From Lama guanicoe (lineage: Eukaryota), in contig MU053881.1 of NCBI GenBank assembly GCA_013239625.1, forward strand, positions 12,042,879 to 12,106,878: a DNA stretch of 64,000 bases. The letters run 5' to 3'. This document shows, piece by piece, positions 1 to 14,149 of this stretch. A program made the translations under genes and the position numbers. Below the pieces are notes generated by a model. The model was given only the letters and a program-made list of their open reading frames with translations, had not been told where the DNA came from and made no database searches. Numbering within the stretch: position 1 is the first letter of the stretch; each line of letters starts with the position of its first letter.

Positions 1-21
1 TGTGTGTGTGTGTGTGTGTGT
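1..21. repeat. (TG)n microsatellite, truncated by window edge
   Basis: Perfect TG dinucleotide run. Confidence 0.95.
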
Positions 22-103
22 CACTCTGTCTCTGGGTAACATCAGTTGGTCAATAATTTATATATAGAACTCTGACGCTAACCCCTCCTACTGTATTCTA
101 GGA

Positions 104-366
104 CAGTGATTCTTACGAATTATTCTCTCAGAAGTTAATAGTGTTTTAAAGTTCTATTTCAAAAGACTTAGGAAATAAGTTTTACATGGATTTTTAAAAT
201 TTTTTGTGAGTTTTTTAGAATATTTAATATGATTAAGAATTTATCAATCTGCAAAAAAAGGGATATATTATCAGCATTTCCTAAATTTACGTGATCACAG
301 AATTTTTTTTTCTCAGAGTGTTTTGCAAGACTGGTGTTCCACAGATCCTACTTTGAGAAATGGTAC
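104..366. mobile_element. MER103-like hAT-Charlie MITE
   Basis: Motifs 'cagcatttcctaaattt...gatcacagaa' and 'ctggtgttccacagatcctactttgagaaa' resemble recalled MER103 termini and internal repeats. Confidence 0.6.
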
Positions 367-2069
367 TAGCATGTAATACTTCTTTTCTTTTTTACCAACT
401 GAATCATAAAACTGATTCAGCATCTTAGGTTTCATACATTTTACAGTTCTTGCCTTTCTACTTGCCTTGCAAATCAAAGGAACAAATCCTTTTCTTGCTT
501 CAAGTCTTCTCGAAACATTTAATGCCAGGTTTCAAAATACTGTTAATCCAGTCTCTTACATTCTACTGTGTAAACATAATTCCAGGTGAAGAAATAGTAA
601 TTAGAGGCACAAAAGGAAGAAAGCCACGTTTTCACCCTAAAACATGCTCAGAGCTTCAAGATTAAATAAAACTGAATGTCTCAGGTTTGAATTAAGAGAC
701 GAAGTTGTTAATAAAAAAAAAATTAAATGCAGAATTTTTAAACAAAACCCATCATGTGTAGCTGAATACCCACTTATAATGAGGTCTTATATAAAATATC
801 ATTGTTGAGTAAATATTAAGATGTTATTAAGATTCCTTACTAAATTGCTCAAAATCACAATTTTAAAAGGCACAAGTAAACTGAATATATCCTGATGTAC
901 TGACCTGTAATCAAGTTACTCGCAAAAGCATTTCTCAAATCCATTTAAGATGCCAAACATTTGGAGGGTATTTAATTGACTTTTTCTCTTGAAAGATACT
1001 CAAGTGGAATGTAAACACATATAGCCAAGCATACATGCCAGGATGGTAGCCTCACTCTCTTAGTCTCTTAGCCTTTCTATAAATACCAAGAACTTTCTAT
1101 CTGAGTTATACTAGATCGATCGTTATGGGATGAACTAACTCCTGTTCGTGTCCATCTTGGGAACTACGATAAACACCAGGATTTTCCAAGCATGTCTTTC
1201 TTTTTGTTCTTTTTGCAAAAAAAAAAAAAATTACAATTGAAGAATCCTCAGGACGCAAATTATAGATGAAATTAAAACCAACAGAAGAGAAAGACATACA
1301 TGATTTGAGGCAACTTTCCTCTCACTTAACTATGCATTTGAAAGAAGAAACTATTTTGTTCCAGCATAATACCGTCACTTGTAATTTTCCATGATTTCAA
1401 TAAATTTAGGATATCAGCTACTTCCTATTCTTTATTGTCTACTTCTATTATCTGCATCCATTCAACGTGAGGAAGACAGACAGACAGGTGGACAGATATA
1501 GAAATACAGGCCTCAAAAATGAATCCATTTTTCAATTAATTTTCATTAATTATATTATTTAGAACAGAAACCTGTATGGGGTAAGGGCAGCAAGATAATA
1601 ATCTGTAATTACGTAACAACTTTCTCAGAAGACTTCAACACATTTGTAATCTTTGCAATTTGTAGGCCCAGTTTTCATATGGCAAATTGAAGTAAAATAT
1701 GTATATAATGTCAAACTGTTTGAGATGACAAAACTTTCATGAGCGATCTGTCCATCAAATGCCTGCCAATCAAGTGAATTTATTGATTTATTATTCACTT
1801 GTTTTAAATCACTGGTTGTTTAAAAATATTTTATTTTCATATTCTATTTATTTGACATAAATTGGCCTATATTTAATATTGTAAAGAGCACACAACATTC
1901 ATTAGAAACCAACCTTCTGTCCTAAAAGATACTTCAAGCCAGTCTATTACATAGGAATATTTTGTGGATGGTTGAACTTCATTTGTAATTGCTACAAAAG
2001 GTTATTTCTCTAAAAGTAACCTTATTTCCATGAATCAGCATGGGTTTTGCTATCATGACTTAGTTTAAA

Positions 2070-2122
2070 ATATATATATATATTTTATATATATATATTT
2101 TATATATGTATATATATATATA
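2070..2122. repeat. (TA)n interrupted microsatellite
   Basis: TA runs visible directly. Confidence 0.9.
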
Positions 2123-2152
2123 AAATCTATTTTGAAAAAATATAGTTTTTGG

Positions 2153-2346
2153 CCTATGTGATCCTGAGTAAGTAACATTAACGCCTCTGTTTATTTTACT
2201 TATTTTTAAAATGGAATAATTTTACTTATTTTAAAATTGGAATAATAGTCATTTTATGGGACTCTATGGGAATTCAATAAAATAATATTCAGAAAATGCC
2301 TTTCACAGTTCCTAACACATCATAGGGACTTACCAAATGGTGACTC
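2153..2346 (+). mobile_element. MIR SINE
   Basis: Degenerate MIR core ('tgtgatcctgagtaagtaacattaac...aaaatggaataat') and tail ('cacagttcctaacacatcataggg'); small internal tandem duplication near 2193-2246. Confidence 0.65.
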
Positions 2347-4822
2347 TTTGGAATGATAGAATATATTTTCATTTACATAAGAGCCAGATGTGCACAAATA
2401 CCTAAAAGAACTATTTCTGACACAGCAAAAATAATTTTGCATTTAAAAGAGTAAAATATGTGGACATATTTGATTTTTGCATCTGCTTTTAGACCATTTG
2501 GAATAAGCCTGAGAAATCTTGTCATTCGTTCCCAAGCATGTCTGCTTGTTCCACCAGAAGGAAACCTCTCAACGTTTTGAAGTTACCTCATTTTTACTTG
2601 AAACATTTGTGAAAAAAAGAACTTCACATATAGGAGGAGGGAGTAAACAAAGATAAATCATAGAAATTTAATCTGCCAGAGATGCAATGAAAAGAGAAAA
2701 ACTGTGTGGGAGGGGTAGAAGCAACTTGCAAATATTTCAATCAAATTAACATCAAGCGTAAGTTAGACAAGACTGGGAAGATAATTACTGCCTAGAAAAG
2801 CAATTAAATTAACATTTTGCCTTAAAAAAACCCCAGCATTTGCTGCTGTTAGAAAGAAATAGTGGAGGTATTAATTCTGATAATACAGTATTTTAGTATT
2901 TACTTTTTATGAGATACCTATAAACATGAAAATATGGAATGTTTGGTGTGAAGGTAGAGCTAGGCATAACCAAATACTCTGGAATCAGTCTAACCTCACA
3001 CAGACATTCCATTTCGCTAGACCTGATCATATATTACAATTTTACCTGCCCATAATAAAATGGTCCTTTTGAAGTAAGTATTATCTTCCAACAGTTCCTT
3101 CTGCTTTATTGGAAAAGCAGAATCTGTGAATCCTTCCTTGATACATTTAGGCTGTTCATCTCCACTGATTATTCATTTTACTTGAGTCCTTCTTCAAGTG
3201 TGTGTCAAGGACTTTTATTTTTGTCACAGAAATCATTAATTTGCATTTGAAAGGTGGGAAGTTGGGAATAAAGTCTTCAACTAATTATAATCAGTGGCTC
3301 CATCTCTATGCAGAAGCCCGTGCATAGTCACAAAGGCTCTAAAAGGAGTAATGTGCCTGTTTTATTTCTCTTTATGCCTTCATCGAGGTCATGGAGATTT
3401 TTATTAGTCTTCACATTTCATTTCTCATCATTTCCTGTTTTTGTTTTATATGTGAAACATATGCCTGCCCTTTCAATAGTCAGTATTTCTAATGCTCTCT
3501 TATAATTAATTGTTCTGTTTTTCTTCCCCCTTTAACTTTCTTGGTCGTTTTGCTTTCCTTATTGTGAAAAAAAATACAGGATAAAAGATGGATCTAATGA
3601 CGATGATAGTGAGTATATTTTATAGTTTATACTTCAGCAGAAAGTAAGATACATTCACTGAATATCTCTACAGAAATAACAGACATTGTATAAGTAGCTA
3701 ATTAGTTCTTGAAATCACAATTAGCTTTTATATCTATTACAACTTTGAAAGAAAACTGTATTTCATTTACAGTATTGCTAAAAGATAAAACAAACATAGG
3801 AACTCTGGAACACCAAAATAAAATTTCAAAGGCAAGCCATCTATAAATATGAAAAAAGAAAACTGAAAAACAGTATGAAGAGAAAATAATTGCAATAAAC
3901 AGAATTCCAAAACAGCTCCAGGGGAAGGAGGGTTGAGTAATGAAAATTTAATATAAAATAAATGTGGCTGCAACAAAACAGTTTCAAATTTGAAAGGTCA
4001 AAAGACAGGGGAAAATCAATCTCATGACAAAAACCCAAAATAAACTAATATAAAGTAAGGTTTGGTGAAGCAATTCAGACAAAATAAAACACCTTAAAAA
4101 ACTATATTCAGTCAAATTAAATCAAACCCTCTTGAACTCAACCCAGACTTCTATTTTTAATTTTAAGAATGAATATAGACCACTCTGGATCACAGAAAAA
4201 TTTAATTTTTTGGTATTCTTACAGAGCAAAGAGTAGGTGCAATATGATCTTTTAATTAAATTACAAAGATCAAAACACAACAAACTTCAAGTAAATTTCT
4301 GAGTGTAAAAATAGGTAATAGTTTTAGGATTGATTTCCTATAATAAATCATCCATTAATATATATTACATTTTCATCAGAAATATACCAAAAGAGACTTT
4401 GGATCTGATATTTGACAATCCTCATAAAATATCATTTATAGCCATCATATCTGCTCTAGGAATATGCTAATAGCATCTGACCAACATTTTCAGTGCCTCT
4501 AACTCAGTGAATATTCAATTATTGTAAAATAAAGTCGATTCTAAACCTGTATGATTTCAACAAAATTTTCAAAAGTTCCTTTCAATCTTCTGGCTCCCTA
4601 AAGGGTCCCACTAAAAACATCCACAAGAAAAACAGCAACCACAGGAGAAAACAAATATTCAGATATTGACTCATTTCTTATCTTTGGGATTAGGTTGGCA
4701 AAGTTAGTAGCCAATGAACACGAGAACTGCTGCACTCATAGACACGTCAACTGTTTCCCTTGGAAATGGAAATGAGACTAATAACAGTCTGCAATAACAG
4801 TAATGAATCTTATTAACTTTTC

Positions 4823-4866
4823 ATGATAATGATGATGATGGTGATGATGGTGATGATGATGATGAT
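4823..4866. repeat. (GAT)n trinucleotide repeat
   Basis: gatgatgatggtgatgatggtgatgatgat run. Confidence 0.9.
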
Positions 4867-6109
4867 TACAGTCTGCTGAAAGTAAGATTATGAGAACCAA
4901 TATTGTGCAAGATGTTCTGTGAAATTATAAATGAAATATGTTCTCTTCCATATGTACAGCATTTCTTCCAGACAATGTGCAAGGTAGCAGCTATTTCTTT
5001 GGTGCAAAACAACAGAAAGAGCATTCCAGTCATGCAAATTCAATTCTGGTTATTGTATCTATGAAGCATATACTAAAAGCAGCATATATACTTTCTTTTC
5101 CCATATCTGCAATATTACTTCTTATCTATAAGTCAGAGAAAAGTCCTCTCGCCCCCTGACAGAGAGAAAAACTAGCTTATATCTAATAACAATTGAGCCA
5201 TCCTTCTATTTTCGCTTTTTCAAGGTAAAATTAAATGTGTTTAATTCTTACCCTAGAATTTGGGTTTACTTCAACAAATATCTAAATTCTAAATCCCCTA
5301 ATATCTAATAATACTGCTCATTTTATGCCATTACATTTGTTTAAAAATGAGTCCTCTATTTTCAATAAAATTGATGTCAACCATGTGATCCTTAAATTAA
5401 TAACTACAGCAGATGGTTTTAGGGCATTATCATTTCAAGCCACTGTTAACAATTTGGATACAAGTTCCTATTTCAGTAGCATAGGTTATTGTCTTTCAAC
5501 AGAACCTGTACTGTGCATGATTAAGCAGTCTTTAATATTATGAAACTCTGTAGAACATTATATATAGCCTACCATCCTGAGTGAAGTCCAAAAGAGAGAA
5601 TGGATAAAAGAAGAAAGGAAGCCAATGTTAACAGGTTGGGTAACTAATGGAAAATGTGTCACCCAAACTTTAGCCAACATGTGACCCATAATTTAAAATA
5701 TCTTCCTATCAAAATAAATTATTTTATGTGATTAATTGTGGCTTTCCTTATGGTCACAGAGAAATCTCCTTCCTCCATCCATTCCCAATGATTATATCCA
5801 TCTTCCAAATAGGATGTGATGAAACTTGTCTGCCTTTTCACATATCAGAGGAGGACCATCTAGTGTAAAAGGAAATGTTAGATCCTGCCTGGAGTAAATA
5901 ATGGGATTCATTCATCAAAAAAAAAAAAAAAGTCTCTAGGGTGCCATTTCTATGCCAGGCAATTCATTCTCAGTGCTCATCACTTCTTAAAGCTCAACCC
6001 TAAAAGGGTTTATAGACAGTTTTTGGACACTGCTGCCCAACAGTCAGTGTGATGTGTTGTCTTAGCAGAGGAGTGAGCCTCTAATAGGTGGTGACTTTAA
6101 AAGGGAAGA

Positions 6110-6285
6110 AAAGAGTGGTGCAAAAGGAGCTGGACCAGAAGTCAGTAAAAATGGATTCCAATCCTGTCTTTGTCTTGAGCTGTATGATCTCAGGCATATC
6201 ATATCACTTAACCTATCTGGACCTCAGTTTCATCATCTGTTAGATAAATGGGTGGTGAAGATGACCCCTCAACTCTGAAATTACA
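6110..6285 (+). mobile_element. MIR/MIR3 SINE
   Basis: Core 'tcacttaacctatctggacctcagtttcatcatctgt'. Confidence 0.75.
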
Positions 6286-6469
6286 CCATACTTCCTTTTA
6301 GTGACTTTTATGCCACCAGGTCTATGATTCTAATTTAAACCTTTTTCAATTACTAGTAATATGATAGATTTCCAACTAATCTACATTTCCCATTCCTTCT
6401 TATGCTCACCATTTTGTCTATAATGTCCCAATATTTGCTTTTGAAAGCACAGTTTTCATCATGCCTCTA

Positions 6470-6750
6470 CCAGCGGTTCTTAAAATTTATCTTTTCAGAA
6501 TGGGAAACCACTCACCCCTTTAAGGGGGCCACCTGTTACCTGGCTCAGGACAATAGTTAGCAGGCAGAAATGTAGATATAATTTTGCCCATTTTTAAAAG
6601 GAACCCCAAAATCTTGGATTTTATATGATATCTACTAATTTTTAAATCTCATCAAATAATTTTTAAAAACTGAACACCCTACATGGATCAAATAAAACAT
6701 ATCTTTGAGGCAGGTACAGCCCATGGAGTAAACAAGTACTTGAGATCTCT
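6470..6750. mobile_element. MER102-like hAT-Charlie fragment
   Basis: Reverse match to recalled MER102 motifs ('cttggattttatatgatatct', 'caaataaaacatatctttgagg'). Confidence 0.45.
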
Positions 6751-6877
6751 ACTTTAAGGCTTCTCAGTCCATTTCTGTAGATGCCCAAGGACCAACTGTT
6801 CTGACTCTGCATTCTGAGAGGCATCAACATAAACACAGCAGAAGACCGTAACTACCCAACTATCCTAGCAGACGGGC

Positions 6878-7000
6878 AGTTAGTTCAACCTACTCATTTT
6901 GTACGTAAGAAAACTGATATCTGAAGAACTGAAATACCTTTCCCAAGGTCTGATGGCAAATTGGTAACTAAAATGAAACAAGAATTCAGGGCTCACCCTT
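6878..7000 (-). mobile_element. MIR SINE fragment
   Basis: 'ctcattttgtacgtaagaaaactgat...cccaaggtc' is the antisense MIR core. Confidence 0.65.
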
Positions 7001-7911
7001 CTCAGTAAAATTTCTGTACCTTTTAGCCTTCCTCCTTATTTTCCAATATGCCTCTGACGGACATCAAAATTCCATGCTTTCAAATTGCAAACATAATTTT
7101 CTCATTCGTGGCACTATTTTTTCCTAGGATCACTCTGTACATTATTCATCTTGTTCATTTATATAAAATTTAATATGAAATATTAAATTATACATAAATT
7201 ATAATTAAAATGCATATAGTTATGATATATGCGCTTTGTTTCCATATATGAAATACATATATACACAATATGAGGCTTTTAACAATGTGAATTCTCCTCA
7301 AAAAATCTTCAACTCTGTACACATAGGACCTTACCTCCATCACATTCTCCATTATGTACAACATCCTTCCTCTTCCTAAGTTCCTTGTCTGAAATACATG
7401 GTTTCTCCCCTTGGGTACTATTTATATCACAGTGCAAGAAGGCTAATCCTGACAGCTCAGTAAAATCACTTGGATAAGTCAAAACTGATATATTCTTTTA
7501 GATGCCTTGTCATTTTTTAACCAGTGGTTTGAATTTGACTTCTCAAGTACAGACCACTATGAAAAACGTAAGTAAGCTGATCTTTGTCAAAAAAAAAAAA
7601 GAGAAAAGAAAATAGCATGGCAACAAGAGATGGTCTCTTTTCTTTTAAAAAGTGTTGCTGCATTCAGTATTTTTTAGCCACAGTTACTCAAACACTACAG
7701 GAAAAACTGTACACACGGTCTTTATTTATAGTGTTGCTCAACGTGAATGAAAACTAATGGATAGTAGAAAAAAATGATTATCTCTGGAAACATTCAATCT
7801 ATGTGAATCATTTGTAATCACATTAAATCATATAAATGTTCCCAGACCTCCAGAATCCAGAAACTGTATCGCATTTCTTCTCCTGTTTCTCCTCTTAGTT
7901 AAGTGCTAAAT

Positions 7912-8390
7912 CAGAAGATGAAAACAAGGAACCTACAGGCCAAATCTGATCTGTACACATTTTTGTATAAAGTATATATAATGTAATACATATATACATA
8001 TTTATATATTTATTTTATATACATAAATAATTATTTATTTTATATATGTAAATATTTATTTTATATATGTAAATAATTATTTATTTTATTTTTATGTTAT
8101 TATTTTTGCTGAGGTTGTTGAAATTATTGTCTACTTTGAAAAACCAGGATTTTGCATACGTACTAGATTCTGACTTCTCTTAAATAACTGGAAAATCTGG
8201 AAACAACTAGCCTAACCAAAGCCACCACACCCTTTAAATGGAATGTACAGTCCACTTCACCACAGTCAGCATGCTTATGTCTACAACACTGAGCCCATTT
8301 AATAAGTGCCTTATACTCAAACCTCATCACTTATTTACTGCACCTATGGGACATTCGTAGGGATTTACACTTGTGAATTTTTGCTCAAAC
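7912..8390. mobile_element. MER102-like hAT-Charlie element with internal AT-rich expansion (~7965-8108)
   Basis: 'acctacaggccaaatctg' start, 'gacttctcttaaataactggaaaatctggaaacaact' and 'tccacttcaccacagtc' motifs. Confidence 0.55.
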
Positions 8391-10444
8391 GAGTGTATGC
8401 TTTACTAAATTGACAATAATAAGGCAGTGGCTACATCATTCCAAAGCAACATGTCATTTCAATATAGAAAAATTAAAATGCATACCAAATTGAATACTTA
8501 CTTAAAAATTTTTTTAATCTATTCATTCTAGGTGGTAAAGTCATATTTAATTTTCTTTCTGACTTTCATTTCACATACAAACACCCCAAACACAAGAGAA
8601 CAGAACCTGCAGCACAACATTTTACTGAAATCCTCAGTAACATCTCCTTGCGTACCGTTTTCCCCCTTATATAGCTCTATTTACTTTGAAACATCTTCTA
8701 GATGGACTTGATTTGGCCATTTTCCTTTTATTCAGTGCATTAATTATTGATGCTGTTTTAAATTACTGACTGTACTGTTTATTTAGTATTCCCAAGACTT
8801 TTAAATAAAAGAATTTTTCCCCTAAGTAACTCACATTTAACTCCATCTCCATACCTCCTCTAAGCACTAACTTAATCAATTATTTCTACATACATTATGT
8901 ATTTCATTCATCACCAATGAACTGTGCATTGAAATACCTGTTTTTAATTTCTTCTGAATATATTATATACCCTGGACCCCCGGCTTAAGTGTTGACGATT
9001 TTCACTGTTATAGAAGAGTATCACGGATGTAATTTGTTACCATTAAAATCATGTTACTAAGGATTACTTTTCAATCAGTTTCTGAAATTTAGCCTATACA
9101 CACTAGAAGGCATGAAAAATTGGCAAATGGTAAAAGCCTGATGGTCTTACTTAACAAGGTGTTAGTGTGCAGTCACAGCAAAGGTATTAAATGGATTTAG
9201 TGCCTCAAAGGGGTGTTCAAAAGAGACCAGGGATAAAAGAAGGAAGACTAGCTAGACATAAAGCTGTGACTGATATCTTCCTAATTGTCTTCTGACAAAA
9301 GAAAAAAGAATTTGGAAATATCTCTTAAAAACAATGGAGACAAAAAGATGCTCTTCTAATTTAAATAGCACAATGTTAACAAAAGTTACTCCATGAGTTT
9401 CTAAAAGTCTGTAAGGAAAACTGGCGACAAGATTTGCAAAAATCACAGCAAAGGAAACTTCTGGTCTATTTGGGAGATTTTCTCCTGAAAAGATACATGC
9501 TGTAAAGGAGGAACTGACCTTTAGCACAGTATGACATAATCTAATATTTACACGTTAAAAAAAAAACACTATCCCACACTATCTATTTATACATTTATTA
9601 GAAAATTATTTTGAGATCATTCTTAATTCTTAATTATTTGATGGTGCTGTTTCTCTTTTCTTTCTTGCAACAACAAAAACATTAACCTCGTAGCATCTCA
9701 AACGTCAAAGAATCCAAACATTTGATTTGGTCCCTGCCAAATCTCAAGGCCTCCAGAGAGAAAGCTTCCCTTCCTGGGAGGCTTTCACTGAGGAAGTCAT
9801 GTGCCTCCGTTCCGAATTCTGAATTTCATTCAACGTCATTTTGTCCACCACTCTTCTCATTTAATCCAATTTGTCAAGCTTCCAACAATGGATCTTGAAA
9901 ATGAATTTTAGCCTGCATCTTAAGGTATTCTCTCCAGGAAATTTTCATATGACCATGATCAAAATGCTGAGATTTGACGGGACGCATTTGCAGTCTTTCA
10001 CTAAATATCAGTCTGTAGACCCCATCTCTGGTTACCTTCGATCAATTTGATTATTTCTAGATTTGTTCGTGGCTATTGAAAACACTATAAAATTTCAAGT
10101 TGGTTTTTTTTTCCCATAAGGAATTATCTGACATAAGTTAACTAAACCTCTCTTGAAAACATGCAAGCCCCACAGACAGTCTTCATCTATGAATCCTTGT
10201 CCTTAGCCATTAAATCATGTCTCTGGGCGTTTCAGAGCCCTCCTCTCACACCCTCTTTGGAAGATTCCAGTCATTCCTGATGTTAATTAATCTCATTAGT
10301 CAGACTCTTCTCCTGACCAACCTGGATGTTTTCCAAAGAGAATGGCTTATTTTTTTTTCCTTTGAAAACATCTGAAAAACTTTCCTCTTAATTCATGCAG
10401 TGTTTTCAGGAAACCACAATATTTAATAAAACACATTACAACAA

Positions 10445-11073
10445 TGGGAAATTGAATCCTCATAAACTACTTCTGAGAATACAAAACAGTGCAGTCACTT
10501 TGGAAAACAATCTGGCAGTTCGTCAAAAAGTGAAGTGCAGAGTTACCATATGATCTCCAGCAATTCCATTCCTAGGTAAAATCCAAGAGAAATAAAAACA
10601 TGCATCCACACAAAATCTTGTCCATAAATGTATTATTTATAACACCTTCCCAAGAAGAAACAACCCAAATGTCCATCAACTGAGAATGGAAAATTAGCAA
10701 TGGAATATTATTTGGCCATAAAAACAAATAAAGCACTGATACATGCTGCAGCTAGGATGAAATTTTATATGCTAAGTGAAAGAAGCCTGTCCCAACAGAC
10801 CATATACAGTATGATTTCATCTACACAGAATGTACAGAATAGGCAAATTTACAGAAACAGTAAGAACAGTGGTTGTCTAGAAGGAGGGAGGGGAATGGAA
10901 GAATGAACAGTGATTATTAGCGGAAAAAAAGTTACTTTTTAGAGTGGGGATAATGTTCTAAAATTGACTGTCGTGACAGCTATTCAAGTCTGTGAAGATA
11001 CTTTGAATTGTATAATTTAAAATCTGTGAACTATATAATAAATTCTATTTCAATTAAGTTATAGTTTTAAAAA
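10445..11073 (+). mobile_element. Old L1 (L1MB-like) 3' end: ORF2 tail and 3'UTR
   Basis: 'cactttggaaaacaatctggcagtt', 'cagcaattccattcctagg'; ORF-track peptide MEYYLAIKTNKALIHAA resembles the ORF2 C-terminus. Confidence 0.9.
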
Positions 11074-11951
11074 GAGTGTTAACGTAGCATGAGACACAAG
11101 TATATATACATAAAGACATATATTTCTATATATCAACAATAACCAGATTGAATGTTTCATTTATTCAACCAACATGAACTGAGCACCTAGAAAAGCAAGA
11201 GTATATTGAACATTTTTTTAAATGATACAAATAACAAAGGAAACAGTAAGTTTTTTAAAAGAATGAGGTAAATAAAATCCAAGAAACCCTGGAGAAGAGA
11301 AAAGAGATATGGTGACTTTTAGGTCAAACCTTGGCTCTATGAGTTAATAACAGAGTAATCTTAAACGGGACACTTAACCTCCCTCAGCCCAAGGCCCCCT
11401 GGTCCAGCTCAATGCCCTCTGCACAACCAAAGCAGTTAGATCATTCTAATCCGTCCTCTAGAACATATAGGTCATTTTTGATGTTTTTAACAATTATTGC
11501 TTTTAAATTTAAAAAAAGCAATGGGAAAAAACTTTTAGTAGTTAAATTTAGCCCATTTCATTAAACTGCATGCATTTTTAAAGACAGAAAAAGAAGGAAT
11601 GCATAACCATGTTCGCCATACCTGCACACCCTACATTAGAAAAAACTGAGTGTCTAGAGCAGGACAAGACATAGTGTCAAATTCGTAAGTTGCATTTCTA
11701 ATTTGGAGCCTATTACCACAGTTTAAGTAAGATACTGTATTTCTATCCCGATCAATAACAAATAAGTCAAATTTGTTTTTCCCTAAGAGGGCCTGAATTC
11801 AACAATTCTCACATTTTTGATCAAGCAACATTAACTCGAGTCATTACTCCTCAACTGGCAGAGAACAGTGGGCCCAAAGCCCGTATCTGCCTTCCTTTCC
11901 TTTGCCTTGTGACTCTGGCAACTTACTTTACCTTCGTGAGTATCTATTTCA

Positions 11952-13130
11952 GTGGCAGATGCTATAAGTTGCCAACTCATTATCTACTCTCCCCTCGAAC
12001 TTAGATATAAAGGCCAGTTAGTTCTGGGTACCAATGTGCCCAGTTAATACTCAGCTTTCCCTGGGATAGCTTTAGTCATTGAGAAGTAAGAGGAAATTCC
12101 TTAGTGGGGCTTCCAAGAGCACTTTCAAGTAGGGGCGAGGTTAGCTGGGGCTCCACTTTGGCCCTTTGTTCCTTTTTTTTCTTTTATCACATAAGTTTTA
12201 TTTCATTCATTTTTTTTATTGAAGTATAGTCAATTACAATGCATCAGTTTCTGGTGTACAGCACAATGTCCCAGTCATGCATATACATACATATATTCAT
12301 TTTCATATTTTTCCATTAAAGGTTATTCTAAGATATCGAGCATAGTTCCCTGTGCTATACAGAAGAAACTTCTTTAAATCTATTTTTTATATATAGTAGC
12401 TAACATTTGTAAATACCAAACACCCAAACTGATCCCCTCTCACCACCTTTCCCCAGTAACCATAAGATTGTTTATCTTAACAGTCTGAGAGTCTGCTCCT
12501 GTTTTGCAGATGAGTTCATAGTGGCCGTTTTTTTTTTTTAAGATTCCACATAAGTGACAGTATATGGTATTGTTCTTTCTCTTTCTGGCTTGCTTCACTT
12601 AGAATGATATCTCTAGGTCCATCCATTTTACTGAAAACAGCATTATTTTATTCTTTTTAATGGCAGAGTAGTATTCCACTGTATAAATATACCACAGCTT
12701 CTTTATCCAGTCATCTATCAATGGACACTTAGGTTGCTTCCATGTCTTGGCTATTGTATATAGTGCTGCTATGAACATTGGGGGTGCATGTATCTTTTAG
12801 CATTAGAGTTCTGTCTGGATATATACTCAGGACTGGGATTGCTGGATCATATAGTAAGTCTTGGCCCTTTGTTCTTCACCCTTCTCCACTGTAGCTCACC
12901 TAGGACATGGACACAGTACCTGGAGGAGCACCAGCCTCACCACGCATGAGGAAGCATATCACACACCATGGATGGCAAAGGAAGGAGATCAAGGAATTTC
13001 TTACAACACCATGCAGCCAGTGCATCAGCACTGGACTCTGTACCTAGAAACAATATCTCATTTGCTTAATCTCCTGTCTTCTAGGTTCTCCACTGCTTAC
13101 AGCAGAGCACATCCTGATAGTTTCTTTTTC
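11952..13130 (+). mobile_element. MaLR (MLT1-type) LTR split by a young L1
   Basis: MLT1-like text on both sides (11952-12171 and 12861-13130) joined across the TSD ttggccctttgttc. Confidence 0.6.
12172..12860 (-). mobile_element. Lineage-specific 5'-truncated L1 (ORF2 end, 3'UTR, polyA) with 14-bp TSD
   Basis: 'attgaagtatagtcaattacaat' L1 terminus and ORF2-tail sequence; TSD ttggccctttgttc at 12158-12171 and 12861-12874. Confidence 0.95.
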
Positions 13131-14149
13131 TGATACTATCTGAAGGTAATAATTGTACCAATCCCTGTGATTTTTGATTAGCACAAGGCTTAGCACATGG
13201 TAAACAGAAAATGTTTATGATTAATGTTATTAGCAGGTATAGGAAGGTATCATAAACCTTCACTGAGAGACAGCTATAAGATACAGAATGTCTGAGGCAA
13301 GACATGAGTGGGAGAGAGACATGTATATGTGAAACCAAATACAGAGAGATACATTTAAAAATCTGATTTGTTTCTAGTTACACCTTCATTCAATTAGGGA
13401 AGGCTTCTATATTATACACTTAACTTTGGAGCTACCGCCATTTTCCCATAGGCTCGAAGAAGTCAATAAGTAATGGATAAATTTTCTGTCACTGTGGGCA
13501 ATTAATAGAGGTTACACAGCACTGATTACATCAATTTTCCTGTATCTGAGGAGCAAAAACATTGATTTCACAAACTCACTGGTGCATATTGATTCAATGC
13601 CCATCCCTGGGCCATTTCTATTTAACGCTTTTGCACCGTCACTGAAAAACGTCTCAGGACTGTCAAATAAAATCTAATTCTGTGGAGTTTTTATCTGTTA
13701 CTCTGCTTTGAAAGTATTTTTGGTATCAGCAATGCACTTTCAAGCTCAGGGATGTGTATATTCGTTCTCTTAAAATATTTTCCCATTTGGAAAATAAATG
13801 AGTAATTTTTAGCTATTTCCTATTCTTAAGTCTGAAATCTCAGATGACACATTCACAAAGGTATTGGAGAATGTGTTTTTTGAAAAAGAATAGGATTTGT
13901 GTGTTGTAAGCCTCTCTCTTGGGTTTCAATAAGTGGTTTGAGATAAAGGAATTCATATATATTTTTAGCACTTTATTTGGGCGGGGGTGGGGGGTGGCGG
14001 ACAATAATCTGCTTTCTTATCTTCCCAAGGAAGCCTGGGTAGCATTCAAAGACAAGGGAGACATCCAAAAATATATATGAATATATATTACATTCAGTAA
14101 TAAGAGACTTTTAAAAGCGATTCTAAATATTTTTTTATTCCATGGTTTC

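Noticed and set aside
1106..1230. CpG-containing segment after a minus-strand poly(T) tract as a coding exon
   Set aside because: Atypical acceptor (gcaaaaag) and no recognisable peptide in any frame.
9721..9748. miR-133-like start (tttggtccc) in a small hairpin
   Set aside because: Only 9 nt match and the 7-bp stem is far too short for a pre-miRNA.
13979..14000. G-quadruplex-like G-run cluster
   Set aside because: Short, not four clean G3 tracts, and no promoter context.
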